Below, one piece after another: positions 9,899-19,823 of a stretch of DNA of 39,894 bases; within the stretch, counting starts at the first letter, position 1, and each line of letters opens with the position of its first letter. Source of the DNA: a virus (taxonomy: Duplodnaviria; Caudoviricetes); IMG/VR virus record IMGVR_UViG_3300020045_002897, positions 1-39,894 of that record. The stretch is one strand, 5' to 3'. Below the pieces are notes generated by a model that was not told the DNA's origin, made no database searches, and saw only the letters and a program-made list of their open reading frames with translations. The position numbers were made by a program, and so were the translations under genes.

Positions 9899-10627
9899 AT
9901 GCCTTATTCAGTAATCGATGGCGTGCTTGGCACTCAGCAGCTCGCGCCATTCGGTCTCCCTGATACCACAAGTCGCCAACAGCCTGGCTTTATCATGCAG
10001 GCAGTTGACAACTATTGGGGAGCCGGTGAGTTCGTCTACGGACGAGCTACTGCGACCATTCGCCAGTTTGCGGTTTGCACTTTGGCGCCGACGGTTAACT
10101 CTGGAGCTTATCGCTTCGACATGACTGAAGTCGCAAATACCGCCAACCTTGGTCAGAGCGTCTTTGTCGCAATGACTTCCATGACGGTGGGCCAGTTCGG
10201 CTGGTTCTGCACAAGTGGTGTGGTTCCGGTCTTGTCCAACGCTACGGTGGCGGCGAATACCTCGACAGGTATTGTTGCAGCTGGCCAGCTTGGCGCAGTC
10301 GCTGCGGGTAAGCAGATTGTAAACGCTCGCGTTTCGGTCGCTGCTACTACGACGGTTGCTAAGGCCAACAGCGTTGCCAACTCCGGCTCGACCCGTTTGC
10401 AAGTCAGTAACTCCGATGGCTGGTTCATCGGGATTTATCTGAGCGGCACTGGTATCGCGGCAGCTACAACTGTCACGGACATCTCACCGGATGGAACTCA
10501 GGTCACCTTGAGCACTGCAACTACTGCGGCTGTTAACGGAACGGTCACTGGCACTTACAACAACGCCACGATCTTCTACAACGTGATTTACATGAACCGA
10601 CCATTCGCGCAGGGTGCAATTACCTAA
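9899..10627 (+). CDS. Capsid decoration/cement-like protein
   Basis: Follows the capsid gene with AAAGGA RBS. GEFVYG...GQFGWF motif, Thr/Ala-rich beta domain (SGTGIAAATTVT). Confidence 0.7.
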   Translation: MPYSVIDGVLGTQQLAPFGLPDTTSRQQPGFIMQAVDNYWGAGEFVYGRATATIRQFAVCTLAPTVNSGAYRFDMTEVANTANLGQSVFVAMTSMTVGQFGWFCTSGVVPVLSNATVAANTSTGIVAAGQLGAVAAGKQIVNARVSVAATTTVAKANSVANSGSTRLQVSNSDGWFIGIYLSGTGIAAATTVTDISPDGTQVTLSTATTAAVNGTVTGTYNNATIFYNVIYMNRPFAQGAIT

Positions 10628-10644
10628 GCGATGTCAACAGGTGA

Positions 10645-10686
10645 CTGGCGGGAAGTCCACTCTCAACTTCCCGCCAGCATTTATTT
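10645..10686 (+). terminator. Intrinsic terminator/attenuator after the capsid genes
   Basis: 12-bp perfect stem CTGGCGGGAAGT / ACTTCCCGCCAG followed by CATTTATTT. Confidence 0.75.
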
Positions 10687-10707
10687 CTAGCCCAGAAGGA
10701 ATTTAAC

Positions 10708-11298
10708 ATGGAACAAAAAGCTCGGCCGCCTTATGTAATGTTTGAAACTCGAGCAATAGAGGACCGCGCAGCTAGTCTCGCAGCGGGGCATTATGTCGGC
10801 AAAGATGTGAATTACGCGATTGTGACTCCAAGCGGGTCCAAGGACCGGATTGAGAAGATCGCGGAAGAGTGGCTGGCGGGTTTGGAAGAAGCTACGCAGC
10901 AAGAACGCTTCCCGCGTGAATGGTTGGAAGCCTATCGGTCGAAATATAAGACTTGGGTTGAGACTAGGGAAATTCCAGAGGACGGAACGCCTATTCTCGG
11001 TTGGCCAGCCCTTAGCCCCGCACAAGCACAAGCGATCTTGAACGCGAATGTTCGGACGCTGGAGGATTTAGCAGAGGCCAATGAGTCTACTCTAACCGCT
11101 ATCGGTATGGGTGCTCGGTCACTGAAGGAAAAAGCCATCGCATGGCTGGCAACTGCTCAGGACACCGGCAAGGTCGCAGAAGAAGTCGACAGTCTCCGGA
11201 AGGAAAAGGCTTCCCTAATTGCTGCGGCTGAGAATGATCAGAAGAAAATTGAGTCTCTGCAAGCAAAGATTGCGGAACTGGAAAAAGAGGACGCTTAA
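10708..11298 (+). CDS. Hypothetical protein with helix-hairpin-helix-like motif and C-terminal coiled coil
   Basis: NVRTLEDLAEANESTLTAIGMGARSL is HhH-like; AAGGA RBS. Confidence 0.75.
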   Translation: MEQKARPPYVMFETRAIEDRAASLAAGHYVGKDVNYAIVTPSGSKDRIEKIAEEWLAGLEEATQQERFPREWLEAYRSKYKTWVETREIPEDGTPILGWPALSPAQAQAILNANVRTLEDLAEANESTLTAIGMGARSLKEKAIAWLATAQDTGKVAEEVDSLRKEKASLIAAAENDQKKIESLQAKIAELEKEDA

Positions 11299-11301
11299 GC
11301 T

Positions 11302-12021
11302 ATGACGCTGCTGACTGTTATACAAGACCACTGCCGTATCCACGCTTTGAATGTTCCAAGCGCGGTTATTGGCGGGACCGATACGACGGTTCAGCAGCTT
11401 CTAGGCATCGCGCAGGAGTTGGTGGAGGAAATCACCGACGAGTCGAAGTTTCAGGGAATTACTCGTGAGGGGAACTTCACGATGGTTGCGACGGAGAGTC
11501 AGGGGAAGATACAAGACTTAGCTTCGGTGGATGGGTTTATGTGGGCCTATCCGGAAACTTTCTTCGACCGGACTCTTCGCCGTGCGTTGTATGGCCCTAT
11601 GACGGAGACAGAGTGGCAGCAAATCAAAGCCATTCCGAACCCCGGACCTTTCTACAAATTCCGACTCCGCAGTGATGAGATTTTAATCAATCCAGTCCCG
11701 TCGACGCCTTTTAGTGAGGTGTATTTCGAGTATGCGAGTTCGTGGGCTATCTTGGCTGAGGACGGAGTGACTTACAAGCCACGGTTTACAGTGGACTCGG
11801 ATTACTTCGCGCTGCCGGATAAGATACTGCGGAAGGGCATAGCTTATCGGTGGAAACAGATTAAGGGTCTGCCTTATCAAGGGGATGAAGAGAAATTCTA
11901 CTCTTTGTTGAACAACTATATTGTGCGGAATAAGGTCCCGCGGACTTATGACATTTCGCAGACTTGCCAGCCCGACGTCATGCCGGGAATTTTTGTCCCC
12001 TCCGGTAACTGGAACGTCTGA
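11302..12021 (+). CDS. Head-tail adaptor (tail tubular protein A-like)
   Basis: Position after the head genes; MTLLTVIQ start, FEYAS and LRKGIAYRWK motifs. Confidence 0.65.
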   Translation: MTLLTVIQDHCRIHALNVPSAVIGGTDTTVQQLLGIAQELVEEITDESKFQGITREGNFTMVATESQGKIQDLASVDGFMWAYPETFFDRTLRRALYGPMTETEWQQIKAIPNPGPFYKFRLRSDEILINPVPSTPFSEVYFEYASSWAILAEDGVTYKPRFTVDSDYFALPDKILRKGIAYRWKQIKGLPYQGDEEKFYSLLNNYIVRNKVPRTYDISQTCQPDVMPGIFVPSGNWNV

Positions 12022-13607
12022 TGAGGGGGCCGAGGCGTCAGCCTTCCCAACGGTCAGGGTTTAAGCCCTTTCCGCAGAACGAGGCCACAGCAGGGACAAC
12101 GACTGTTCCGGCTCCTGTTGGTGGGTGGAACGCGAGAGACTCGCTAGCGGCCATGAACCCGCTTGATGCGATTGTGATGGATAACTTCTTCCCAGGCACT
12201 TCCGACGTGGAATTGAGGCCGGGTTCAAGTGACTGGCTGACGGCATTGCCGGAGAATGCTAAGTCATTGTTGCCTTATAATGACAGCACTGGCGGGAACT
12301 TATTCGTCGCTACCGACGTTGGCCTATACGACGCTACAAGCACCGGAGTGGCTGGGGCTGTTGTGACAGCTTGCACGGATGGAGATTGGCAGTCGCTTAG
12401 TTTCATAAATACCGGAGGCGCGTTTCTCGTCGCTGTCAATGGCGTTGATTATATGAAAAACTTCGATGGGACTACTTGGACTGATGTAACAGCGGTCTCG
12501 ACGCCTGCAATTACTGGTGTGGATACAAGGGATCTTGTCAACTTGTGTATACACAAACGCCGACTTTGGTTTGTGGAAGATTTCTCCATGGACCTTTGGT
12601 ATCTGGACGTAGATGCGATCGGAGGAGCCGCGACTAGGTTCCCTGTCGGCCCACTTTTTGCCAGAGGTGGTAAGGTCGTTGCGGTTGGTAGCTGGACGAT
12701 TGATGGGGGTAAGGGCGTAGACGATCTGTTCGTTGTTATTACCTCTGAAGGCGAAATGGGCGTGTATCAAGGTACAGACCCAACGTCTACGGCTACTTGG
12801 GCTTTGGTTGGGGTTTACTATGTCGGAGAACCGATTGGTACAAGGTGTCTGACAAGGTATGGTGGGGATTTGCTGTATATCGGTAAGCAAGGCCTGTTCC
12901 CGCTCTCGAAACAACTCCTATCCGCGACTATCGATCGTGCACAGGCGCTTAGTTTTAAGATCGATGGAGCGTTTTTGGATGCTACAACAGCTTTCGGCAC
13001 AGTGGCCGGTTGGGAAGCAGTTGTCTATCCCGAAGCTAATGCGGTGCTTGTTAATGTCCCAATTTCGGCTGATACGGTATCTTATCAATACGTGATGAAT
13101 AACATCACAAAGGCATGGTGTAGGTTCGTAGGCTGGAACGCAAGATGCTTTACCGTATTCGGCGGGGAATTATACTTCGCTGGCGGGACTGTCGTTAAGA
13201 AAGCATGGGGTGGAGTTAGCGACTCTGGAACAGCTATTACTGGACAGATCGCTCAGGCTTATAACAAGCTAGGTGTCAGCGCGCAGAAGAATGTCAGTCT
13301 TGCTCGACCAAACGTTGCGGTGGAGGGTCAGGCGACTCTAGCTCTAAGCATCGATGCGGATTATAAAGCCAATCCGGCTTATACGCAGAATACTTTCCTC
13401 CCCGCCGGTGGCACAGGGATTTGGGATACGAGTCTATGGGATGCTGTTGTCTGGTCTTCCGGTCTATCGACAGTGGAGAGTAAATGGCTTACCGTTCCGA
13501 ACATTCCGGGGTATCTATACTCCTTCCGATTGCAGATTGTTACCTCCACTGCAAGGTTCGCATGGACCTCAACCGACTTCGCTGTTAGGCGCGCAGGTAT
13601 ACTGTGA
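12021..13607 (+). CDS. Tail nozzle / packaged-DNA stabilisation protein (P22 gp10 / tubular B-like)
   Basis: 528 aa, beta-propeller-like. PAPVGGWNARDS, MDNFFP, HKRRLWF and GVYQGTDP motifs; follows the adaptor. Confidence 0.75.
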   Translation: MRGPRRQPSQRSGFKPFPQNEATAGTTTVPAPVGGWNARDSLAAMNPLDAIVMDNFFPGTSDVELRPGSSDWLTALPENAKSLLPYNDSTGGNLFVATDVGLYDATSTGVAGAVVTACTDGDWQSLSFINTGGAFLVAVNGVDYMKNFDGTTWTDVTAVSTPAITGVDTRDLVNLCIHKRRLWFVEDFSMDLWYLDVDAIGGAATRFPVGPLFARGGKVVAVGSWTIDGGKGVDDLFVVITSEGEMGVYQGTDPTSTATWALVGVYYVGEPIGTRCLTRYGGDLLYIGKQGLFPLSKQLLSATIDRAQALSFKIDGAFLDATTAFGTVAGWEAVVYPEANAVLVNVPISADTVSYQYVMNNITKAWCRFVGWNARCFTVFGGELYFAGGTVVKKAWGGVSDSGTAITGQIAQAYNKLGVSAQKNVSLARPNVAVEGQATLALSIDADYKANPAYTQNTFLPAGGTGIWDTSLWDAVVWSSGLSTVESKWLTVPNIPGYLYSFRLQIVTSTARFAWTSTDFAVRRAGIL

Positions 13608-14056
13608 AGTGGGTCTTCTCCGGCAAGGACACAGTCTTTGGCCCATGGATAATGGAAAAACTCGAAGGTCACTTCATGCTCGGAAAGGGGCATACTATCG
13701 GGCTTTGGGACGACGTGCTTGACAGGCCTGTTGCGGCAGTTTATTACGAAGGCTGTAATGGAGCTTCAATTATGCTTCATTGCGCGGGAGAGGGAAAAAC
13801 ATGGCTTAATAGGGAGTTCCTATGGTATGTGTTCCACTATCCCTTTGTTGAATTAGAAGTTAATAAAATACTATCGCCGGTTGAAAGCGATAATAGTGAT
13901 AGCCGAAGGTTTATTGAAAACATCGGCTTTAGTCTCGAGGCTACCCTTCAAGACGCCAGCCCGAAAGGGGATTTACTGATTTATAGCTTGGCTAGATCAG
14001 ATTGTAAATGGCTAGGATTGAAGGACAAATATCGTGGGCAAACCCAAAGCACCTAA
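13604..14056 (+). CDS. GNAT-fold acetyltransferase-like virion assembly protein
   Basis: WLNREFL..VFHYPF.EL and NSDSRRFIENIGFSLEA (GNAT C-terminal N..S......GF..E). Same position as the T7 gp13-like gene. Confidence 0.7.
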   Translation: MKWVFSGKDTVFGPWIMEKLEGHFMLGKGHTIGLWDDVLDRPVAAVYYEGCNGASIMLHCAGEGKTWLNREFLWYVFHYPFVELEVNKILSPVESDNSDSRRFIENIGFSLEATLQDASPKGDLLIYSLARSDCKWLGLKDKYRGQTQST

Positions 14057-15266
14057 GGCACCGGATTACGCAGCAGCTGCGAAAGAGCAGGGGGTTGCGA
14101 ATACGAATTCGGCCTTGGCGACTAATTACCTGAACCAACCAAACCAAGTCGGGCCTGATGGGAGCCTGACATTCTCGTATGACTATGCGGGCGGGAATAG
14201 GCTTCCGGATGGAACGGTTATCCCTCGGACAACTGCAACCACTACGCTAAGTGCGGCGCAACAGAAGCTCTATGACCAGAACAATGCGATTTCGACTGCG
14301 CTGAATGATCTCGCGCAGAGGGGGATTGGGTATGTCGATCAGGCTTCAAGCAATCCTATTGACCAATCGACCTTGCCAGCCATGCAGGGAGCTCCCGGAG
14401 TTCGGGACTTCAAAGACACTATTGACCTGTCAGGGGTAAGCCGTCGGCCGACGTTCGATGACTTCGCGACAGATAGGGATAGGGTTACAGAAGCCCTTAT
14501 GTCCCGTATGCGTCCGGAGTTGGAACGCCAGCGGAAATCGAGGGAGGCGGTGCTGGCTAACCAAGGCATTAACATGGGTTCGGAAGCCTATGGCAGAGAC
14601 CAACAACAGCTTGGTCAGAATGAAAACGATGCCTTCATGCAGTCGATCTTGGCAGGGACTCAGGAGCAACAGCGTCAGTTCGGCAATGCGATGGACCTCC
14701 GTAACCAAGGCTTCAATGAACAAAAGAACATGATGGATACGTATAACCTTGCGCAAGAGGCGGAGTTCAATCAGGGACTCGCCGGAGCGCAGTTTGGTAA
14801 TGCGGCGAGATCACAGGCAATACAGGAAGCTGATTACTTCAAGAACCAGCCACTGAATATGCTGAATGCGTTGCGGAGTGGGAACCAAACCAATATGCCA
14901 CAGTTTGGGAATGTGGCAACAGGTGCGACGATCGCTCCGGCTCCGGTTTACGCCGCAACGAATGATCGGTATAACGCGGAAATGCAAGCTTATGAGCAGA
15001 AGATGGCTAATCAGTCAGCGTTGCTTGGAGGTCTGGCAGGTCTGGGCGGTGCGGCGATTACGAAGTTCTCGGACCGTAGGCTTAAGAGGGGTATTCAGAA
15101 ACTCTGGACAAAGGCTAATGGTCTTGGGGTTTACGCCTTCAACTACATCTGGTCGAAGGTTCCTGAAATCGGCTACATGGCGGATGAGGTTCAGGCCCTG
15201 TTTCCGCAAGCTATCGTCCAGCACTCAAGCGGTTATTTGATGGTTGATTACGGAAAGATCGGCTAA
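14034..15266 (+). CDS. Internal virion/ejection (pilot) protein with C-terminal peptidase S74-like chaperone domain
   Basis: MGKPKAPKAPDY start, Q/N-rich helical body, Gly-rich hydrophobic segment LLGGLAGLGGAAI, then FSDRRLK...GYMADEV...FP.A...VDY. Confidence 0.8.
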   Translation: MGKPKAPKAPDYAAAAKEQGVANTNSALATNYLNQPNQVGPDGSLTFSYDYAGGNRLPDGTVIPRTTATTTLSAAQQKLYDQNNAISTALNDLAQRGIGYVDQASSNPIDQSTLPAMQGAPGVRDFKDTIDLSGVSRRPTFDDFATDRDRVTEALMSRMRPELERQRKSREAVLANQGINMGSEAYGRDQQQLGQNENDAFMQSILAGTQEQQRQFGNAMDLRNQGFNEQKNMMDTYNLAQEAEFNQGLAGAQFGNAARSQAIQEADYFKNQPLNMLNALRSGNQTNMPQFGNVATGATIAPAPVYAATNDRYNAEMQAYEQKMANQSALLGGLAGLGGAAITKFSDRRLKRGIQKLWTKANGLGVYAFNYIWSKVPEIGYMADEVQALFPQAIVQHSSGYLMVDYGKIG

Positions 15267-16618
15267 TGATGAAGGATAAAGAAACTCCTATCTTGGCAAA
15301 CAAGGGCCAGACACCTTATATCCCTACAGGGTATGAGGGTTTGCAGCAGAGTGTCCAACGGAAGCGGCAGATTGGTCAGGCCTTGATGCAGCAGGGGCTT
15401 GCAGGTCCGGGAGCGAATGTGAGGTCATGGGCGCAGGTTCTAGGCAGCCTCGCGCAAACATGGGCAGGGAAATCGATACAGAAGGATGCGGATAAGGAAG
15501 AAGCCTCGATTGCAGAGAAGATAAAGGCAGAAGTAGCGCAAGCCAATCAGGGCTTGGAAGCTGACATTGCTGCTGACATGGACCCAAGGCAGATTGTGAC
15601 TAAGTGGGGCGGAAATCAGTGGACGAAAGATCGGGTTGAGCCTTTTGCAAAGGCTATGCAGCAGGGCTTGGAGAACGAGCAGGAATATGCTGCCCCAATC
15701 GAGATGAAGGATAAGGACGGTAACTTCATCACAGCGCAGGTAAACAAGGCTGGCGGAATTAGACAAGCTCCCGGTGGATTTGGCTTACCTCCCGTCGTCA
15801 CTAATGTCAATGATGTCGCAGTTGCATTGCAGCGTCAAGCTCCTGGGACTGTCCTACCACAAAACCTCACCGACTCGGTCATTCGTGGCCCAGGCGGCAA
15901 GCCTATGGTTAATCAGGAGGCACTTGACGCTAAGGTCAAAGTCGCGGCTGCTGGTGCGCCGAACTCGCAAGTCACGGTTAATACTGGTAAGGAACTCGGT
16001 GGGAAGATGGCTGATAGGCTGGCCGCGACCTTTACCCAAGCTGAAGGTGCTATAGCCAGCCTCGGCGCCGCTGATCGGATTGAAGCCGCTTTGAATACTG
16101 GTAAGGCTCGAACTGGTCCTTGGACTGGCTGGCGGAACTATGTGGAGAAGGCCTTCGGGGTTAATGAAGAAGGCGTGGCACAACGGAGGGCGGTGGAGCA
16201 GGGTATCGCCCAGCTTGGTATCGATGCACGTAAAGTCTTGGAAGGTCAAGGCGCTGTCTCGAACTCTGAAAGCTCTGCGGTTGAGAAGGCCTATTCGGGT
16301 AATATCGATGAAATGACGGAGAAGGAAATCCGCGTAGTTATTGACGTGGTTCGGAGAGGTAACAGAGCTAAGATTGAAACGCACAACCGTCAGCTTGAAG
16401 CAGCGGCGCGAGTGGAAGGTGCGGAGGAGTTCATCCCATCGTTTGAACTGCCGCCGGCTTATCGTAGACGGACAGATGTTGCGCCGAAGAGGACTGGGCC
16501 AGCTCCTGCTAGGAAAGGCTTGCCTCCAAAAGGCGCAACGAAACCAGCACCCTCAGGTAAGGCTACTAAGCCCCTCGTCGACAAATACAGCAAATACCTT
16601 CCAAAGACCGGAGGCTGA
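15266..16618 (+). CDS. Internal virion/ejection protein
   Basis: 450 aa, helical, SWAQVLGSLAQ and GAVSNSE motifs; located in the ejection cluster. Confidence 0.65.
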   Translation: MMKDKETPILANKGQTPYIPTGYEGLQQSVQRKRQIGQALMQQGLAGPGANVRSWAQVLGSLAQTWAGKSIQKDADKEEASIAEKIKAEVAQANQGLEADIAADMDPRQIVTKWGGNQWTKDRVEPFAKAMQQGLENEQEYAAPIEMKDKDGNFITAQVNKAGGIRQAPGGFGLPPVVTNVNDVAVALQRQAPGTVLPQNLTDSVIRGPGGKPMVNQEALDAKVKVAAAGAPNSQVTVNTGKELGGKMADRLAATFTQAEGAIASLGAADRIEAALNTGKARTGPWTGWRNYVEKAFGVNEEGVAQRRAVEQGIAQLGIDARKVLEGQGAVSNSESSAVEKAYSGNIDEMTEKEIRVVIDVVRRGNRAKIETHNRQLEAAARVEGAEEFIPSFELPPAYRRRTDVAPKRTGPAPARKGLPPKGATKPAPSGKATKPLVDKYSKYLPKTGG

Positions 16619-16620
16619 TC

Positions 16621-18924
16621 ATGCAATTATCAACTCCAGAACAGATGGAAGAAATCTTAAAGCAGCTTCCACCAGCTGAGCAGATGGCTTATTTGCAAGA
16701 ACAATCTGCGGCAGATGTGGAAGCTTGGGGGCAGTGGAAAGAGGCAAAGGGGGATTACACCGAAGCCCCTGCTGAGGTTTCGCCAGCTCCGATTGCGGGA
16801 ACGAGCACTCGCGTGGGTATACCTGTGAAGCGGATGCCTTACATCGCCGCTAATCAGAACGTAGCGGATGGGACTCCGGAGCAAGTAGACCCGCAGCAAC
16901 TGGCTCAGATGCAATCAATGGCTGCGGCGGTGGAAGCTAGCCAAGGTCGTCCGTCGAAAGAACCCACGCCGGTTGAAGGTCCCGGACCTCTAGGCGGCGA
17001 CTTGGGGATGTATCTCCGCGCCGGTATCGGTGGCGCAACTGCCTTGCCCGCTATTCCGATTAACGCGATGCTTTCCATGATGCCTTATGGCGGTGATGGA
17101 GATGCTGTCGGGCAGATCATGGATGCCTTCGGGGCTAAGAGACCACAGAACCGTGACGAGCGGATTACGTCTGATATTATCGCAGGGCTTACTGGTTCGG
17201 GTGCGGTGATGACTGGGGGTAAAGGGTTGGCGAAGCTCGGCATGAAGGAGACTGGCGAAAAGCTTGCAGCTGCGCCAGTTGCTCAGCTAATCGGTGGAGG
17301 CGCTGGTGGAGCGGCTTCAGGCACGGTTCGGGAAGAGGGCGGTAGTCAGAGTGAGCAGATATTGGCTGCACTGCTTGCCGGTGGTGTGCCTAGTGCAACT
17401 TCCTTCGGAACAAAGAAGGCTTTCACCGCCGGAGTGCCGAAGCAGCAGATGCAAGAGACAATGGCAAACTTTGCGGAAGCTGGAGATACGCCAACTATCG
17501 GCCAGCTTACTGGCGGGGATAAGGCGCAGGGAACGGAAGCATTTCTAGCGCAATTCTACGGCTCAAGTCCGGTGATTAAGAAAAAACTTGCCCAGCAAGA
17601 AGACTCTGTTCTAGGACGTGCTACTAATTTGGCAGAAGAGGTTGGACCTGTTGAACTTGGCCTTGATGGAACTGTTACGCCAGTTACTAACTCACCCGTC
17701 AGCCTTGGTAGGATGATTGAAGAGTCCTATCTCGGTGTAGGTAAACCAGCAATCTCGGCACAGCGTCAGGAGTTTGCTCAGAAGTTGGCAGATGAAGTCA
17801 ATCCCCGTTCGGTCACTCCGGTGGAGAACTTCAAAACCCAGATGGGAGACTTGACTTCTGTTGACCCCGGAGCTAAGAATCTGCTAGAAGGTAAGGTCTT
17901 TAATCCCGATTTGGACGCTTTTAAAGACACCAAAACCCGCTTGATGAAAGACTTGAAACGGAACGTTGATGCACAAATTCAAGCAGGTGTTCCGGAAGTT
18001 ATGGTGAAAGAAGGGCTGCCCTTCGAAGCTGTTAGGAAACTCAAAACCGCAGCAGGTGCGGCTATGGATAGCTCGGTATTTGGGGCGCAGAATGTATCGC
18101 AGGCTTCACAACGTCGTATCTATGGCGCGCTTGCAGAGGACCTGAAAGCCTTTGTTAAGAATGAAGGCATTGACGCAGAGAAAGCTTTTAAAGAGTGGAA
18201 TGAGTGGGAAGTTAAGTTGCACGATGAGGGTGCGGCAATTCGCAGCGTGCTTGATAAAAATGGTGGACCTGAAAAGGTGTTTAAAGCTGCGTTCTCTGGA
18301 ACTAAGGAAGGCCCTACGATCATTTCGTCTGTCTTTAACAACGTCGATGAGTCCACCCGTCGTGCACTGACTTCTGCCTACGTGCATCAGATGGGTAAGA
18401 CTTCTAGCAAGACGGACCCTGATGATTTTAATCTTGGTCAGCTGTTCGGCAACTATCGCGCTATGGACCCTGAAGCTAAGGATATTGTAATCGGGGCTAA
18501 GGGCACTACTTTACGCGACAGTCTTGATAAACTGAACTCGGCTGCTCAGACGATCTTGAAATCCGAAAAGGACTTCGGAATGAAGGCTGGCGGGAAATCA
18601 GGTAGCCTTGGCATTCAAGCCCCGATTTATGCCGGAACTGGCTTGTTGACTAGTTCGGCCAGTTTGACTGGAGGCTCTGAGCCGGGTATAGCGTTGTTCG
18701 CAGGTCTTGCCGCTATGGCAGGAACAGCCGTTGGTGCGAACGCTTTGGCTAGATATATGGTTAATCCTAAGACGGTAAAGTGGATGGCAGCTAATTCAGA
18801 CTTGCCTCCATCCGCCATGCCAACAGCGATTAACCTGCTGGCTCAGGAAGCTCGTAAGTCTCAAGACCCTGATATGATCGAATTCGCACGGCTTATGGAA
18901 GAGTCGCAGCAGGAGCAAGAATAA
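16621..18924 (+). CDS. Large internal virion/ejection protein
   Basis: 767 aa with Gly/Ala-rich hydrophobic segments, PTIGQLTG motif and C-terminal ALARYMVNP..VKW. Confidence 0.7.
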   Translation: MQLSTPEQMEEILKQLPPAEQMAYLQEQSAADVEAWGQWKEAKGDYTEAPAEVSPAPIAGTSTRVGIPVKRMPYIAANQNVADGTPEQVDPQQLAQMQSMAAAVEASQGRPSKEPTPVEGPGPLGGDLGMYLRAGIGGATALPAIPINAMLSMMPYGGDGDAVGQIMDAFGAKRPQNRDERITSDIIAGLTGSGAVMTGGKGLAKLGMKETGEKLAAAPVAQLIGGGAGGAASGTVREEGGSQSEQILAALLAGGVPSATSFGTKKAFTAGVPKQQMQETMANFAEAGDTPTIGQLTGGDKAQGTEAFLAQFYGSSPVIKKKLAQQEDSVLGRATNLAEEVGPVELGLDGTVTPVTNSPVSLGRMIEESYLGVGKPAISAQRQEFAQKLADEVNPRSVTPVENFKTQMGDLTSVDPGAKNLLEGKVFNPDLDAFKDTKTRLMKDLKRNVDAQIQAGVPEVMVKEGLPFEAVRKLKTAAGAAMDSSVFGAQNVSQASQRRIYGALAEDLKAFVKNEGIDAEKAFKEWNEWEVKLHDEGAAIRSVLDKNGGPEKVFKAAFSGTKEGPTIISSVFNNVDESTRRALTSAYVHQMGKTSSKTDPDDFNLGQLFGNYRAMDPEAKDIVIGAKGTTLRDSLDKLNSAAQTILKSEKDFGMKAGGKSGSLGIQAPIYAGTGLLTSSASLTGGSEPGIALFAGLAAMAGTAVGANALARYMVNPKTVKWMAANSDLPPSAMPTAINLLAQEARKSQDPDMIEFARLMEESQQEQE

Positions 18925-19823
18925 TGCCCTTTGACGGGAATGGAGTTTACACGCCGCCGAGCGCACCAAACTTCCCTGCGATTGCGGGAACGACGATTGT
19001 TGCGTCTTACTACAATGTGGTTATCAATGACATTGCTACGGCTTTGTCGAATACCCTGACACGGGATAATCAAAGCGGACCTTCGACAGACTATAACTGG
19101 AATAATAAGAACCTTACCAATGTCGCTACGTTCGGGGCGGTGGCGGGGGCTTTCAGCGGGTTGCTGTCTGCGAACGCTGGCATTGCGATAACAGGCACGG
19201 CGACGTTAGGCGGGGTAGGTTTGGCGGTTACGGTGTCTCCGGCGTTCACAGGGACGCCCACAGCACCCACAGCGGCCAATGGGACAAATACAACGCAGAT
19301 TGCGACAACTGCCTTCGTGCTGGCTAGTCTGCCTAGTCTAGTAGGGTATGCAACCGAAGCTTATGTTACAGCGGCGCTAGTGCCGTATGCGACGAGTGCG
19401 AGTGTCACAGCGACCTTGGCGTCTTATGTAACCAATGCTAGTCTGGCTACGACTCTTGGCAGCTACGCAACGCTGGCTAGTCCGGCTCTTACTGGAACCC
19501 CGACGACGAATGGAATTGAAGTAGGTTTCCGCACAATACCAAGGTCGACCACCTCCGGCACGATTGTTGTGGGTGATGTGGGTAAGACCGTTGCGATCAG
19601 CGCAGGGATTACGATACCCTCGGCTACGTTTGCGGCGGGGGATGCTGTTAGCTTGTATAACGACACTGGCGGAACACTGACAATCACACAAGGCGGTGGA
19701 TTGACCCTTCGCCAAGCTGCTACAGCTAACACCGGCAATCGATCATTGCTTCAACGCGGGTTTGCGACTGTTTGGTTTAATGGCCCGAATGAGGCTATTA
19801 TCACCGGCGCGGGGCTTTTCTAA
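18924..19823 (+). CDS. Tail fibre protein
   Basis: MPFDGNG anchor, SPAFTGTPTAPTAANGTNTTQIATTAFV fibre motif, 13-aa YAT repeats, C-terminal beta domain. Confidence 0.85.
   Translation: MPFDGNGVYTPPSAPNFPAIAGTTIVASYYNVVINDIATALSNTLTRDNQSGPSTDYNWNNKNLTNVATFGAVAGAFSGLLSANAGIAITGTATLGGVGLAVTVSPAFTGTPTAPTAANGTNTTQIATTAFVLASLPSLVGYATEAYVTAALVPYATSASVTATLASYVTNASLATTLGSYATLASPALTGTPTTNGIEVGFRTIPRSTTSGTIVVGDVGKTVAISAGITIPSATFAAGDAVSLYNDTGGTLTITQGGGLTLRQAATANTGNRSLLQRGFATVWFNGPNEAIITGAGLF

Noticed and set aside
1572-19823. Diversity-generating retroelement or invertible tail-fibre switch
   Set aside because: No reverse transcriptase or invertase. Similarity between the tail genes is N-terminal, in direct orientation and not adenine-specific.
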